A stretch of DNA of 64,000 bases from Callorhinchus milii (GCF_018977255.1 NW_024704742.1:105030001-105094000), one strand, 5' to 3'. Shown: positions 39,241 to 53,297, numbered from the stretch's first letter. Program-made: numbers and translations. The notes: generated by a model from the sequence alone, not told the origin.

Positions 39241-40429
39241 TGTAATTAAAATACAAAAATGAGAGCGAAAGACCTTCGAACTAAAGTGCTCATGAAAGTA
39301 ACCTGGTTAAATCAATAGGTTCAACACAGCAGTGGACAATAGATCAATCTAGCCTACACATTAAACTTTCCAAACAATTCCTTCAAACCAGCTATTTCAT
39401 ATAAGAAATTAATTATTTTTTAATTTCCAGGAGCTTATCTAGTTCCTTTTTGAAAAATATTGTATAACATTACTAATCTGTAGCTAGAATACAGCATTTA
39501 TTTCACTGCGGAACATTTAAAGGACACACAGCACCTCCTCTGGTCTCAAGGCATGAGTACAGCAAAAATAAACCCTCTCAAATTAAAAAAAATGTACACA
39601 CTGCACATCTTAAAACACATAGGCATCCGTAGATGAAACTGTGAAGCTTTAATAATGGGACCATCATAATTCTATGCAAATATGAGATAGTTAGTACTTC
39701 AATACAGATTATAAATGAATGCAGGAAAGTCATAAGATCGCTTATTGCCCACTTTTTAACCATAAGTGCTCAGCGGACTCTGGCTTTCTCCCTACCTCTG
39801 TGACCTACTAACTCCAAACTGACCTTTCCGCTCCCTCACTCAGCGAGCTCTAGCCTGCTCTATGTCCTCGCCTCACTATCAGCTGTCGGGCCTTCAGCCT
39901 CTCTGGCCCCACCCTTTGGAACTCCATCCCACAGTCGACTTTGCCTCGCTCCCTCCCTTGCCTCCCACATCCTCCGTGTGCCTCCTCAAGCACCCTCAAA
40001 CGCCAAGTGTGAAGAAGTCATGGACTTTCTTACCTCTAAAACAGAAAACTTGGCTTGGCTATAAGTTGCCATTACACCTCACTTGCAGCTTTGAGAAAGA
40101 CTGACGTGAGAAGCATGTTGAATTCACTCTGTGTCAGCAGCTCGTCACCAAAGAAAATTTTGTTTCTGGAGCAAAGCTGTGTTGTGCCGGTTGCAATACA
40201 GCAGCTGGATAGAGCAAAATACCCCATATACCATATAGATGCATGTTGAAAAATGACTATCTAGTCACTGGCAAAAATCCTGCAGATGGGTGAAGTTTCT
40301 CAAGAGAAATTATTGTAAAGATAATTCAGTGATAGGGGTTGAGGTGCACTCATATAAAAAAAATTGCCAGGTTTGGGAAGCTTTGAACTTTAGTAATGGG
40401 TTTCTACACATGTCAGACACTTGGCTGTT

Positions 40430-40720
40430 CACACGTCTCTTATGTGGCACTTTATCAAATGCCTTTTAAAAATCCATATAAACCACATCAACTGCACTAA
40501 CTTCGTCCACTCCCTTCACTACTTCATCAAAAAACTCTATCAGGTTTGTTAGACATGATTTGCCTTTACTAAACCTTGTTGGCTATCCTTTATTAATCCA
40601 TATTTTTCTAAGTGAAAATTTATTTTGTCCCGGATTAGTCTCTAAAAGTTTCTCCATTACTGACTTTGGGCTGACTAAACTGTTGTTCCCTGTTTTATCC
40701 TTCTGCCCCTTTTTGTACTT
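40430..40720 (-). mobile_element. CR1 RT fragment
   Basis: Minus strand encodes VDVVYMDF.KAFDKVPH-like RT motif (TATATGGATTTT..AAGGCATTTGATAAAGTGCCACAT). Confidence 0.75.
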
Positions 40721-40875
40721 ATTTCATAAAATTACTCGAGTATTTTAATATCAGTCTCATGATGGAAATGGGAACTCAAAATAATGAAAACAATGCATTA
40801 AAATTTCAGTTGGCTGTACAATCCACAGATTATATTCAGCAACCTTGCACTAATTCTCAGAAGATGCCTTCAAGC

Positions 40876-41189
40876 CTGTAGCTCAGTGGTTAGAGCACTC
40901 ACTTTGCAAGCGAGAGACCTGAGTTCAATTCCAGGCAGAGGGCGAAACCTTGGGCAAGTTTCCTTACTCCACACAGAGCCTAATAATAATTCCTCCAAAA
41001 CCAAAAAACAATAATAAATTGGTCATTTTAAATCTACGACTGTTTGTGGGACATTGCTGTGCGCAATTGGCTGCCGCGTTCGCCCACAAATATACAGTCA
41101 ATTCACTTTACAGTGTGTTCTGTGAAGCGCTTTGGGACGTCCTCCCGACGTGAAAAGCGCTATATCAAATGCAAGGATTATTATTATTA
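40876..41189 (+). mobile_element. Young tRNA SINE, short subfamily, near full length
   Basis: CCTGTAGCTCAGTGGTTAGAGC A box, GAGTTCAATTCC B box, CpG-rich body, GGATTATTATTATT tail. Confidence 0.95.
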
Positions 41190-44029
41190 ATATAAGCATT
41201 CTGCTGTTCTAAGTTCTCTCTTGAGATTGAGCTGCCACAGTCACATGGCTATTTAGCTCCTAGTACTGCCCTTCTTTGTAAAAAAAAGTTTAACCCCATT
41301 CACTCCTACCACTCATTAGCCACAAATTTATTTTGAGCATAAATACTGACAATGTGAGCCAAACATTTGTTCCCATAGCTTCCCACATACCACACGTCCT
41401 CCTCCAGTCTAAGGCATGATAATGTAAAGTGATGCTTTGTGAACAGCAAGGAGGATGCTACTCATAGAAATTCTAGCATAGAAGATGGCCACTGGGTCCA
41501 CTGAGCTAATGCAGTTGGAACTCCTCCAATGGAACTAACTACTCAACTATAAAGACAATTTATAAGCTCAGTCTTACAAACACACCTTTCTCATTCCCTT
41601 CCAAACGATCACCCTCTTCCAAGTGGAGCCCACAGACAGTGACTGAGCCAAGTCCCTGCATCTGAATGCAAGAAAATCCACTCAGCCACAGCATACATTA
41701 CATTATTTTAAAGTGCTAAAAAATAACCAAACACTTTGTTTCTGTCTGGGCCTGCTTCATAGATGACTGCACAATCAGTCCCTCAGAAACATCTCAGCAC
41801 ATCATTGCAAATATGTAAAATTCCTCGAGTATAAACAAATATGCAAACTGACTCATCTGTGTAACAAGAAGTACTCCAAAGTACTGGTATGTTATTTAAT
41901 TTAATTGGGTCTCAAATCAACACACTCCAAACCTATCTCAAAACCCACACAACTTGAAAAAAATGATGTACTGTGCAGCCCGCTGTCTTTATGTAAAATA
42001 GGTTGTCAGCATACTTAGTTTTTAAAAAAGCATTGTACAAAACCTATATCTATTCAAAAATATATGAAAGTTTCGCTTAGATTTTTGAACAGAAATCATT
42101 GTTATTCCAAGTCTTACAAATCATACAAATGTCACAAATATGTAGTCTGATCTTTAAAGAAGGAAGTACTTGCACTGCAATTACCTTGAACACTGAATGT
42201 TTCAAGCTATGAGACCTTTGAGCTGCCACATTTAATATCAAAGAAACTGGGCTCTAAGATTCAGTGCGCTTTTCTCAAGGGCATATCACCAAGATTGATG
42301 AAAGTGCAGTAAAAATTACAAATAATGTTTACACTTTTTTTTCTCTCCTCGCATTCCTGTCTCCACTTCAGCAGGCACGTAAACATCATTTATCCAAGAG
42401 ATATAATTAGAGGAAATTAGGATAGTTACCAGTTAATTGACCATTCTTGCCCAATAACCCTTTAATGGCCAGCAAAGGTAGATTTGGGAAAATAGATAAA
42501 AACTTGTTCAAAATTGTTGCACCGATTAGTAAAATCCTGCTTCTAACCATAGTCTTTGCTATTATTTGAGTGTATAGTAGTTCAATCTTTACTTAGAAAT
42601 AGGAAATTCCCTTTACTAAACTGCGAAAGGGAGGGGTAAGGGTTGGAGAGAGAGGATAGAATCACCCTTAGGAAAAAACGTTCCTTTTCATATTACCAAC
42701 TTGTGTGTTTTACAAATCATTTGAGTGATCTCTTTGTCTACTGAACCACCTTTTACCAACTTCTAAATTCTTCATCAGTTCAGTAACGGACAAAGATCTC
42801 CAGCTCAAACAAGAGAACTAAAGCACTGTGATATTCTACTTAACATCAAAAAATTCTACAAAGCTTTAAAAAATAAAAGTACGTTATCAGACTTTATTTT
42901 CTTACATTAATAAAGACTTTGGGCTATACTTGAAAAGGATGCTTGCTCTCCTCATTCCTTTTTGAGTTTTTCTTAAAAAAAATATACGCAAGATCAACCT
43001 CGGTTGAAATCCAATAAGAAATGACAGGCAAAAACAGACGCTCCTTTTCTTCATCATTTTTAAAAAAGATGAAATGTATCAAAAGATGAAATGTGCTCAA
43101 GTGCTTGTGCATTCAACAACAGAGGAGGACAGGAAGATGGGATCAGCAATCTAACTTCATTCAAGCTCCACATAAAACATTACAATCCCCATGTCCAGGA
43201 GGAGTGTCTGAGGGTTAAAGATAAGACAGTAATATTACAACACCAAAGTGTACATCCTCCGGTTCACAGCTGTTCCCAAAGTCAGTGGAGTGGAAATGAG
43301 ATAGGGAGGGGAGGGTGGATTGGCAAAAGTGAATAAAGTAGAAAGCAGCTACACCAGAAAGAAGCACAGGATGCAGGGCTGCTTTGAGAACAGGTTAATG
43401 AGAAGAACGATGAGAGAACAGTAGAATCAATTTCACTGGAAAACAAAATGTTTAAAAATAAATGGTATTCAAGTGTAGGCTAACTCAGGGGATCTCAAAA
43501 GTGTACTATGTCTGAACCAAATTGCAAAGCAATTTTATCCAGACAAAGCACATCCTAATCGTCAGCTGTACCCCAAGAAGCTCTATAAACAAGGTTCAGG
43601 GACCTCATCAGAATATACTATAATTGGTCCCTGTACTCGATGTTAATGATTCGAGAAAACAGAGATTGTTCCTTCACTGTCGGTGACTGAAAAGCCCCCA
43701 TGATACTCAGCATACATTATTCTAAGTTAGGTTTTGTGAATTAGGAATGCAGAAAAAAAGTCAGGATCCAAATATTTGACACAGATTGAAAAATTAGAAG
43801 GTGGGGCAACAGTAGGCTGCCAAGAGCATTCATTCATTTCACAATCGTGTGAAAAATTCTAACAGCAAAAAGGATGTGTGAATTGAAGAACAAATAATGC
43901 CACAAAATATTTTGAAATACAAAAAACTATACTAGTAAATATATTGAAACATTGTTTTTAAGAACTGAAAATGTTTGATGTCATGCTGTCCCCTGGATTT
44001 TCTCTCATAAAAGCAATTATCAAAATAAT

Positions 44030-44335
44030 AATGCTTGCATTTGATACAGCCCTAAAACATTAAAACATCTCAAACTGCTATACAGATAATTGTCAATAGT
44101 CAATGCTGACTATGTATTTATAGGCAAACACAGCAGTCAATTTTACACACAACAATGTCCCACAAGCAGTTATGAAATGAATTACCATCTTATTGGAGGA
44201 TTATTGGCCCGGACACCGGAAGAAACCTGTTTGAATAGTTTCATGTATCTGCAACAGCCACCTGAGGTTAGCCAGATCAGACCTTGGTTTAACGTATCAA
44301 CATATCATGTGAAGGATACCACCTCTGACAATAAC
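44030..44335 (-). mobile_element. Degenerate Deu-like SINE
   Basis: CTTGCATTTGATACAGC tail, CAATGTCCCACAAGCAG body, CCTTGGTTTAACGTATC core; homologous to 22673-22980. Confidence 0.55.
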
Positions 44336-46499
44336 CCGGAGGCAAGAATGGTTTTGAATGAGCCAACCTGATGCTTACATTTTAAAATGCAATTAAACCT
44401 GCATGGTTAAGCACAGTTGTTGAAAAATAAAGAAAAAAAGTTGAAAAAGTCTGCATTAATCCCCCAGAAAAAAGTTTCCTATTGTGAGACCACACAGAAA
44501 TGGTACCTAACCTCAGTTGTCAATTACTGTGGAATCCTGTTATAAATTGTGTTTGCCTAAAGCATTATTGGGAAGTGGATCCTGAAATAATCCACCAAAA
44601 AATCCAAACACTGCAACAGGTAGTGATGTTGATGGCATCCTCATGAACGGGAAGTTAGCCTTTTTTTTACTATCTGAAAAGCCGGGCAATGTTTTCAACT
44701 GAGACGGCTTTCTGCACACATTCACACAGTGAATATGAAAGCGTTGAATGACAATTGCACCAGGATAACATTGGTTGGGATTTTATGGACCTCCAACTAC
44801 TGTACTATAATGGGACTCTACTGCCTTTTTTTAAAAAAGAAATGGGTTTTTAAAAGTCAAGGGAATCCCAGCAACAATTCCACAGAAAAAATTGGTCATT
44901 CACTTCATGAGTCATTATTGTGCACAAGTTTTGGTCTTGTTTTGCCTATAAACACATGGTCACCACTAATTTTACCATTTTTACAATTTTAAATTAAATC
45001 CTGTGAAGTACTTAGAGGCATCTCACTGCTGTGATAAGGCACTATACCAAATACAAGGATCATGAATAATAATTCAGGGTATGATGAAAGGGCAGGGCCT
45101 GAGATTAAAATGTCTTCCAAAATCTAATAAACAACCTTGACTCTTTTTACTTTGTTGCTATACCCTATTTGTGTGTGTAATGATTGAATAAGAATCTCGG
45201 TAAGCACAGTATTATCAGTACACATCAACACTTCTGAAACCTAACCTGAGTAGAAGAAAGAAATCAAGAAGAATTAATTCTCATGCAGTTCCGCCTTCTT
45301 CCAATTTAATGACATCAATAACAATATCAATAACAAAAGATGTTGATCTACAAAATAAACAGTTACTCCACTTTACAGTAAATCCTGTGAAGCACTTCGA
45401 TATGCCCTCCTGATGTGAAAGGTGGTATAGCAAATGTAAGGATTAATTATTTATTATTATAAAAGATCAAAACTAATGTTCAACACATAAATAGCCTTTA
45501 CCACAGTTTTAAATTCGAATTCAGATGGAAAATAAAAATTCTACTGAGGACACAGCTAATTCAGTTTCGCTTGTTGCTGAACAAGGCATATTTGTTGCAT
45601 ATCCTAAATAGGTTTCACTTGCTCATATAATGACATTTTATGACAAAATGCAGCAAACATTTTCCAAAAAATGTAGATATCTTCTTGTCATTGGGTCTTT
45701 ATAAAATAATTGCGTTCAAATATATTGGATCGGCAAGCTCTGTGAATAAATATTTGTTTAATGGTACAAACAAAAGCATAAAATATTCAGCTGAGACATA
45801 GAATATGTCTTTATTGTACAAATCTCAGCAATGTTAGGACTTTTGTTCATATAAATTGTATTTGTCAAGGAAAGGAAATGTACTGCATTGCAATAAGGTA
45901 CAATGTACTTGGAATGCTGAATATGAAGCAATGCAAAATGAATGAATCTCTTTCATGAACCAGCCTGAAAAAGGAGTGCATTTTGAATGTTTTGTCAGTA
46001 ATAATAACACATATACATTAGTGCGAAATATTAAGTCTAGTGTGTAATTTCCATAAACACTCAGTATAACAAAATTTCCTCTTTATATTTCTCCTCCCCC
46101 ATGACGTATCTTGAGCTAGCTAATTGCGTAGCCACAACCAAAGTGATGCAAATCCCCATCAGATCCATATCTGAGAGTCAATGCTATTTCTCCTCTTCTC
46201 TTCAATAAAGTAAAGAAAAAATATTTCATCTTTATCGTACCTTATCACATTAAAACTTTTCCCGAGTAATTACTGTCACGTGTTGTGTGACCCTTTTTGA
46301 AGGTAAACTACGGCATTCTTCTTCGTGCTAGATCAAGGACAATATGAGGTAGAAGCTACTCATTCCTTTTTCTCAACTGCAGAAAGTACAAGAGGTGACT
46401 AACGTGAGACAAAGTAACCCCCCCAAAAAAAGATAAGCTTTGCCTTCTTAGAGGGCATATTCCATTATTCCCAATCTCTGAGGATGAGCTCCATTGCTA

Positions 46500-48117
46500 T
46501 ACAGGTCTGCCTTCAAAAGTGGCCTCCAATGACAAATGATATTCTGTCCATCTGCGACCAGGGCTCCGTTTGCCTCCGCGTTCTCCTTGACCTCTCTGCT
46601 GCCTTCGACACCGATAAACACTCTATCCTCATCCACCACCTCTCCTCTCACCTCAACCTTCACTGCTCTGTCCTTGACTGGTTCAGATCGTACCTCTCAC
46701 ACCTCCTCAACTTCATCTCCACAAACGGTTTCTCCTCTAGCCCCCACTCCGTCTCGTACGGCATTCCTCAGGGCTCTGTCCGTGGTCCCCTCCTCTCCAA
46801 TATCTATATGCTCCCTCTTGGTGACATCATCCGCAGTCATGGGGTCAACTTCCACATGTAACCGGATGACACCCAACTCTATCTCTCTGCCTCCAGCCTT
46901 GACTCCAGGACCACTGCTGTCCTGACAGAATGTCTGTCAGACATCAATTCCTGGATGAGACCTAACTTTCTTCAGTTCAACGTCAACAAGACTGAGGCTC
47001 TCCTGATTGGCTCCCAGCAGTGTCTTCACACCTCAGGTGCTGACAGCATCACCGTCCATGGTTGCACACTCCACCTTGCTAAGCCAGTCCGGAACCTTGG
47101 CGTCTTGTTTGACCCTCAACTATTCTTTCTATCCCACATCCGTGCCATGATCCGCTCTGCCTTTCCCCCCCTCCGCAACATCGCCCGGCTCCGACACTGT
47201 TTCGAAACCCTCATACATGCATTCATAACATCGAGGCTTGAACTATGCAAACTTCTTGCTTATCAGCCTCCCCAACTCCTCCCTTCATAGGCTGCAGATC
47301 ATCCAGAAGTCTGCAGCCCGTGTCCTCTACTGCACCTGGCTCCGTGACCCCATCACCCCATCCGCGCCCAACTCCACTGGCTTCCCAACCTCACCTTCAA
47401 AACCCTCCATGGTCTTGCTCCCCCCTAATAATAATAATAATAATCCTTGCATTTGATATAGCGCTTTTCACGTCGGGAGGACGTCCCAAAGCGCTTCACA
47501 GAACACACTGTAAAGTGAATTGACTGTATATTTGTGGGCGAACGCGGCAGCCAATTGCGCACAGCAATGTCCCACAAACAGTCGTAGATTGAAAATGACC
47601 AATTTAATTATTGTTTTTTTTTGGAGGGATTATTATTAGGTGTGTGGAGTAAGGAAACTTGCCCAAGGTTTCGCCCTGACTGGAATTGAACTCAGGTCTC
47701 TCACTTGCAAAGCGAGTGCTCTAACCACTGAGCTACAGGACTCCACAAAGGACCTCCTCCCTACCTCTGCAACCACCTAACCCCTTACATTCCTGCCCGC
47801 TCCCTCCACTCAGCGAGGTCCGGCCTTCTTCACGTCGTCCGCGTGGCACGCTCCACCATTGGCGAGTGGGGCTTCTGCCACTCTGCACCCACCCTCTGGA
47901 ACTCCATCCCGCAGTCCCTCCGCCTCAACCCCTCCCTTGCCTCCTTCAAGACCCATCTCAAGACCCTCCTCTTCGACCCTGCTTCCCCCCACCCCACCCC
48001 CCGCCCTCCACCCTCCCCGATCCCCAGCTCAGGTCTGAAATTCTGACTGTCCAGCTCCTTGGGACTTCCTCCCGATGTGAAAGGGGTTATACAAATGTAA
48101 TTTTGTTGTTGTTGTTG
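46500..48117 (+). mobile_element. L2 LINE family A, RT to tail, interrupted by a SINE
   Basis: VTND-like, LLDLSAAFDT, GIPQGSVRGPLL, stop within YxDD region; tail GGGACTTCCTCCCGATGTGAAAGG...(TTG)n. Confidence 0.92.
47428..47744 (-). mobile_element. Young full-length tRNA SINE nested in L2
   Basis: Complete from GGAGTCC head (47744) to (TTA)n tail; imperfect 10-bp TSD CTCCCCCCTA/CTCCTCCCTA. Confidence 0.95.
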
Positions 48118-51034
48118 TGAAATGCCAATCAGAACACTGCATTCAACAATTAAAAGGTACAATTTCAGGTTAAATTAAATTTCTGAAAGAATGGTAGATT
48201 TTAGCTGAAAAAGATACCATTGTTAACTAACTTGAAGTTTGGAAAATGGGGTTGAAATGAAACTCCCTCAATTGCACTGGTCAGGTTATACAGAACTCCT
48301 AGTTGGGCGTTCTGATTTATAGGCCATTTGTGGGATTATTGCTGCGCACAAATTGGCTGCTAGTTCGACTGCACAATACACAATCATAACACTTTACAGT
48401 ATATTTTATGAAGCGTTTCAGGACATCCTCCTGAGATGAAAGATGGATCAAATTCAAGTATTATTATTATGTCTTCAAACTTGGAGCACCAGCATCGTGT
48501 GCGTGTTCACTTTTCATTGGATGCCTGATGATCCAGTATGCGGGTAACTATAATTCACATTGATGAATCAGAGCAGGATGCATCAATGAGAAGGCAAGGT
48601 CCCGTGCCAGTAGGCTAGGGTGGGGCCCTCTCAATGCATTCCATAACAGGATAATGCCATGGCATACCACAGATTCTGGGACATTTGACAGCTCCAGCTG
48701 TTTTAGTGCAGTTGAGGCAAATTGTTCCACCACAGACTACGATCCTTGAATGGTTCTCAGTGGGAGGTAGTGCAGCCAAAGCAGAATTCAATTCAGTGGT
48801 TCCATGCTATCATTTCACACCATGAAAATTGTATTATAATGGGACATGAAATCATTCTGAGCCTGACAGAAAGCTGTGCCATTCAAAAAGAGGCACAAAG
48901 GAAAACCATATGCTGAAAATGCACACCAGGTTGATCAGTATCTGAAAGATAGAGATGGGTTAATGTTTCAAATTTGTTCTTTCATTCAAACTGTTATACC
49001 AAACATGAACTTATTTTCTCTTTCATATGGTAATCAACCTGCTCTGCACATCTAGCTTTGATTCCTTCAAAAGGGAGCTGGGTAAATATAATTCTAGGGA
49101 GCAGATTTGTAGATTATAGAGTTAAGTACAGAATGGGATGATCAAGTACGCTAAAGGGCATAATTCGCCTTGAGATGCTGGGGCCAGGAAGAAAGAAATG
49201 CCTGTGGAGAGCAATGGGCCAGGGTTCAATGACAGAAATGTAGATGGCAATGAATTTTGCTCCCCTTGGGTAGCAGCAAACATTTACAGGATACAGAATT
49301 TCTTGCAGGAGTTTGGTTTGCGTGTGGAAAGTAAAATCCGTGAAAAACTAAATCAGATTGTACACATTCAGTGAAAAGACTAGGAGTGATGAGGCAAATG
49401 ACCCTGCCTCATTCCACACCGTCTTAATATAAGCACGTAATCTAAATTAGTTAATATAGGAACATGAGTAGGCTGATCAGTCAGTCCACCATTTTTCTTC
49501 AGATCATGGCATATCTTTTAATCCCATTTCCCCGTCTTTTTTCCATACCAAAAATCATACCATCAAAATATATGTATCATCTCTCATATATCATCTTTTT
49601 ACAAACATCCCAAATCAATTATTCATCTTACAGCCTTCTGCATCACTGCTCTCTGTATTCTGTGTGAAGAAATGTGAAAAATGTCTAAGTTACATCAAGA
49701 GACATCCCAGTACCAGTTGAAGCTGATAATCTTCTAGGAAAACATAGATTGTTTAATCTGGGTTCAATTAGAGAAAAATAGCAACCCGTGAGTAGTTACA
49801 AAGCAATAATCTTATTGAGTGTTGAGAAAATACCTAACCAAAGTGTGTTCATTTCTTAACCCCCGTTTGAGATTACTGCTCTGTAATTATTCCCATGAAT
49901 TTCATACAGTGAATGCGGAATTAGCAGCCAATTGTATTCTACTTTTGGTCCACAGTATTTCTGCTGGTGACAGATGGCACAGTGGATATGATCTGCTGTA
50001 CAATTGCTAACTGCTCAGGAGTGCGAGTGGTTGACAAAAGTCCCAATTCAGATGCTAAAATTTAAAAGCAATTAGTGCTGTTTGTATATACTATGTAACA
50101 CAGCTGACTTCTTGAGCTATTCAATACTTCTGTCACAGAATCCCATAATTGCATTTCAATTCTGGAAATGCTTTCATTCTATACGTAGTGCAAGATATAT
50201 TGACATGAGGAATGCTTTTGATGTAACCGCTTCAAAGAAACATATTGAAAAGTCAGATTGAATGTATGGTGATGCAATGGACAGTGCCAGTAACATACCC
50301 AATCATTTCATTGCATTGTTGTCAATATCATGGCTTTGGCCTTCACACTCAAATTAATTTAGGAATCTGTTTGCAGGATCCAGAAGGGGGTCATAAACAT
50401 TCCAATGCCACAAAATGATTTCACCAAGTATTAATGGGAAATATGCCCATTTGAAATAATATTTGGTATTTAACTGTGGTAAGTTGTTTTTGAAAAGAAA
50501 CAATTTATAATGATCAAACTCCTGATAAGACATACTATTTTTGCTGCATTTCCAAGCCTGGGAGTAAAAATAGATTTCTTTGCTGCTTCTTCTCTCCCTC
50601 TACCGTAACCCCTCCACTGGCCATTGAAACCAATTTTCAGCAGGAGCAAGGTCTTAGCAAAGAAATATCACAACTTCAAGTCCCAACATCAACAGTGACA
50701 GACAGATGGCCGAGATTGAAAGTTTTTAAATGTTAAATATATTGCTATCAATTTTAAAAATGGTTAATGGGGTAGATTTCCACAAATAATCAAGGATTAA
50801 TGACATGATTTATCCCTTCAATTTTTAAATTTTACTAAGTAACTTCAATTTCACCTATCATTTTTGTTAGAAGAATTTTTTTATATACATTATGTTGAAA
50901 TGTTCTGATCGGATGGAACATCTAAAAAAGATTTTTTTTCCCTATAAGTTACATTAAGAACCTAAAATGACAAATATTAGCACATAGACTGGCTGGGAAT
51001 GAAAATAAGATATTCCTAGCTCACTACCACAAAC

Positions 51035-51230
51035 AATAATAATTTTTGCATTTGATATTGCATCTTATATGTTTGAGACGTCTTAAAGTGCTTCATAGAA
51101 TATGCTGTAAAGTGAATGGACTGAATATTTTGTGGGTGAAACACTGCAGCCAATTGCGCAGAGCAATGTCCCACAAACAGTCATGAGTGACCACATTATA
51201 ATTTTTTTTGGAAAGATTTATTACCCCGGC
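51035..51230 (-). mobile_element. SINE fragment, long subfamily
   Basis: TTGCATTTGATAT tail, CAGCCAATTGCGCA...CAATGTCCCACAAACAG body, ends TTATTACCCCGG. Confidence 0.8.
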
Positions 51231-53014
51231 AACAACAACAATTTGCATTTATATAGCGTCCTTCACTCAGGGCAGCGTCTTGAAGCTCTTAAAAGTCGGA
51301 GCCTGATGCAAAAGCTGGGGGGAGAGGAGGTAATCGTTACCTACAGTCTAAGAGGAAGATCTTCAGTCATGATATCTCTTTCCCCACTGCTTCTGTCAAT
51401 TCAAAAAGTGATGGATTTGGGATATTCTTTTCATGACAATAAATATTACTTTTAAATACATTTTTACCCCAATCCAATTTTGAGACTTGCCCATACGTAT
51501 AAGGACAACAGATGAACTGTTATATTCCAATTTTTACACGAAAGCAGAGGAAACAACAGCTGTTACCTGCTGGATTTCATCTTCTCGAAAGTCTTCAGCA
51601 TTCAATTTCTCAGCGAAGCTTAACGTAAAATGTGAACAATATAGTAACCAGTTTATCTTAACCAATTTCTTACTTCTACAAAATGTTAATACCGAACCAA
51701 TAATGGCAGCTGAATGATTTATGAGGCTGCAACACCTTACCACACAGTTCAATACATCGGTATCCTTGAAATGAAATAGATACCTGTGTATTCCAAAAGA
51801 ATTTTGAGCACTGAAGGGCTGGATATTGCCACACTGATCAGAGGTGTGGCTGGACATATTTCTAATTCCCCCCAAAGGTCAATTCTATAATGCTAGAGCA
51901 ATTTTTGTTTGCAGAGAATAAATTGTGCTGTATCCTTCAGTCATTTACCTGAATTTCAGAGCTTCCATTATATCAGATGATCAGTGCCAATGGTATTACA
52001 CTATCGATTTAGAGAACAACCTGCCTTCTCCAAATTTTGGCCAACAATACTTCCCAAAGAATAGGTCCAACCAGGGAATCAATATGCAACAGTAATAATT
52101 ATACTTAGGTTCATATGCAACTGTATAGCATGAAACCACTTTCACTATTGTTTCACGTGATTAATATAATCTGAATTAGAAGTGAGGGTTCAGTGGAATG
52201 AAAAATAGGCCTGCCTTTGGGCAGCTTTTTTTCCAAACCTGTTTGCTCGTCTTTTCCAACACATCCCATCCAAAAGAAAAGAAATCCATTGCAAACTCCC
52301 AAAATACATACCGCCCTACCAATTTCTTATTAAATACTGGATACATATTACCAAAAAATAACAGTTCTTCAATTTGAACAAATGGATATCAATCAGAATA
52401 TTTTAAAGCTTTAAAATCAGCACTCACTCAAAGTACAATCACATTAAAGCGTTCTGCCTAGCAGGAAGATTTCTGAGTAAGCAAGTCCTGTGTGTGGGCC
52501 AATGTGGGTAAATACAATTATAGATGGTAAACTGAAACGATGCAATCCAAGTCCTGGAATTAAATTCCAGCTTTATTAGTTGCATAATTTTCATGACTAA
52601 TGCCAAATTACCAGCAAACCCTTACAAACAGTTGCATTATTATTTTTATATTTCTATACTGTACTGAGTGGAGCGAGTTGGAGGAAGAAATTATAGCCTT
52701 AATTAATTTGGATTTTTTTTTCTTAGTTGTTTATTGCCCCATTCTCTTTCACTTAGTCCATTTCTTTTATTTGGCCTCCACTTGCAGTTTTACTTGTGGT
52801 TGTATCTTTGTTTCTGTGCAGATTGCTCAAGGAATATTTTGAGGCAAAGCGTACGTAAAAGCAGAATTTATACACTCAGTGAAGTTTATTGTAGTTACAC
52901 AGCATGCCAACTGAACTAGAAGCAACCCAATAATGCTGTAGGCTATACTTTATAGAAACTGAAAATATCTCACTTAAAGTTGAACGGGATTCCTAAAAAA
53001 ATGTCTGCTACAAT

Positions 53015-53069
53015 GGGATGTCCTCCCGACGTGAAAGGCGCTATACAAACGTAATCTTGTTGTTGTTGT
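53015..53069 (+). mobile_element. Isolated L2 family A 3' tail
   Basis: GGGATGTCCTCCCGACGTGAAAGGCGCTATACAAACGTAATCTTGTTGTTGTTG. Confidence 0.85.
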
Positions 53070-53297
53070 CCTGCTGAAGTGTGTACAAGTAGTTTAAGTC
53101 CATTTTTATAGACCGTGATAGTAGTTATTATGATGCACAGAAATTGTACAGTACTTCAGCAAACTCCATCTTTACTATGGTGACCTGAATTTTACTATGG
53201 TAAAGCTGAAAAAAATGAGCTGATGATTTGTTGATTGGGTGATAGTTCCATTAATTGAGGTGCCAACAGCAGCAATTTATTCTTTTAGTGTTTAGTG

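Noticed and set aside
40876..40935. tRNA-like sequences with A and B boxes (also at 296, 23970, 34391, 47744, 60566)
   Set aside because: Each continues into the common SINE body; these are SINE heads, not tRNA genes.
53171..53210. Tandem TTTACTATGGT...CTGAA duplication of ~20 bp
   Set aside because: Ordinary two-copy slippage duplication; not an array.
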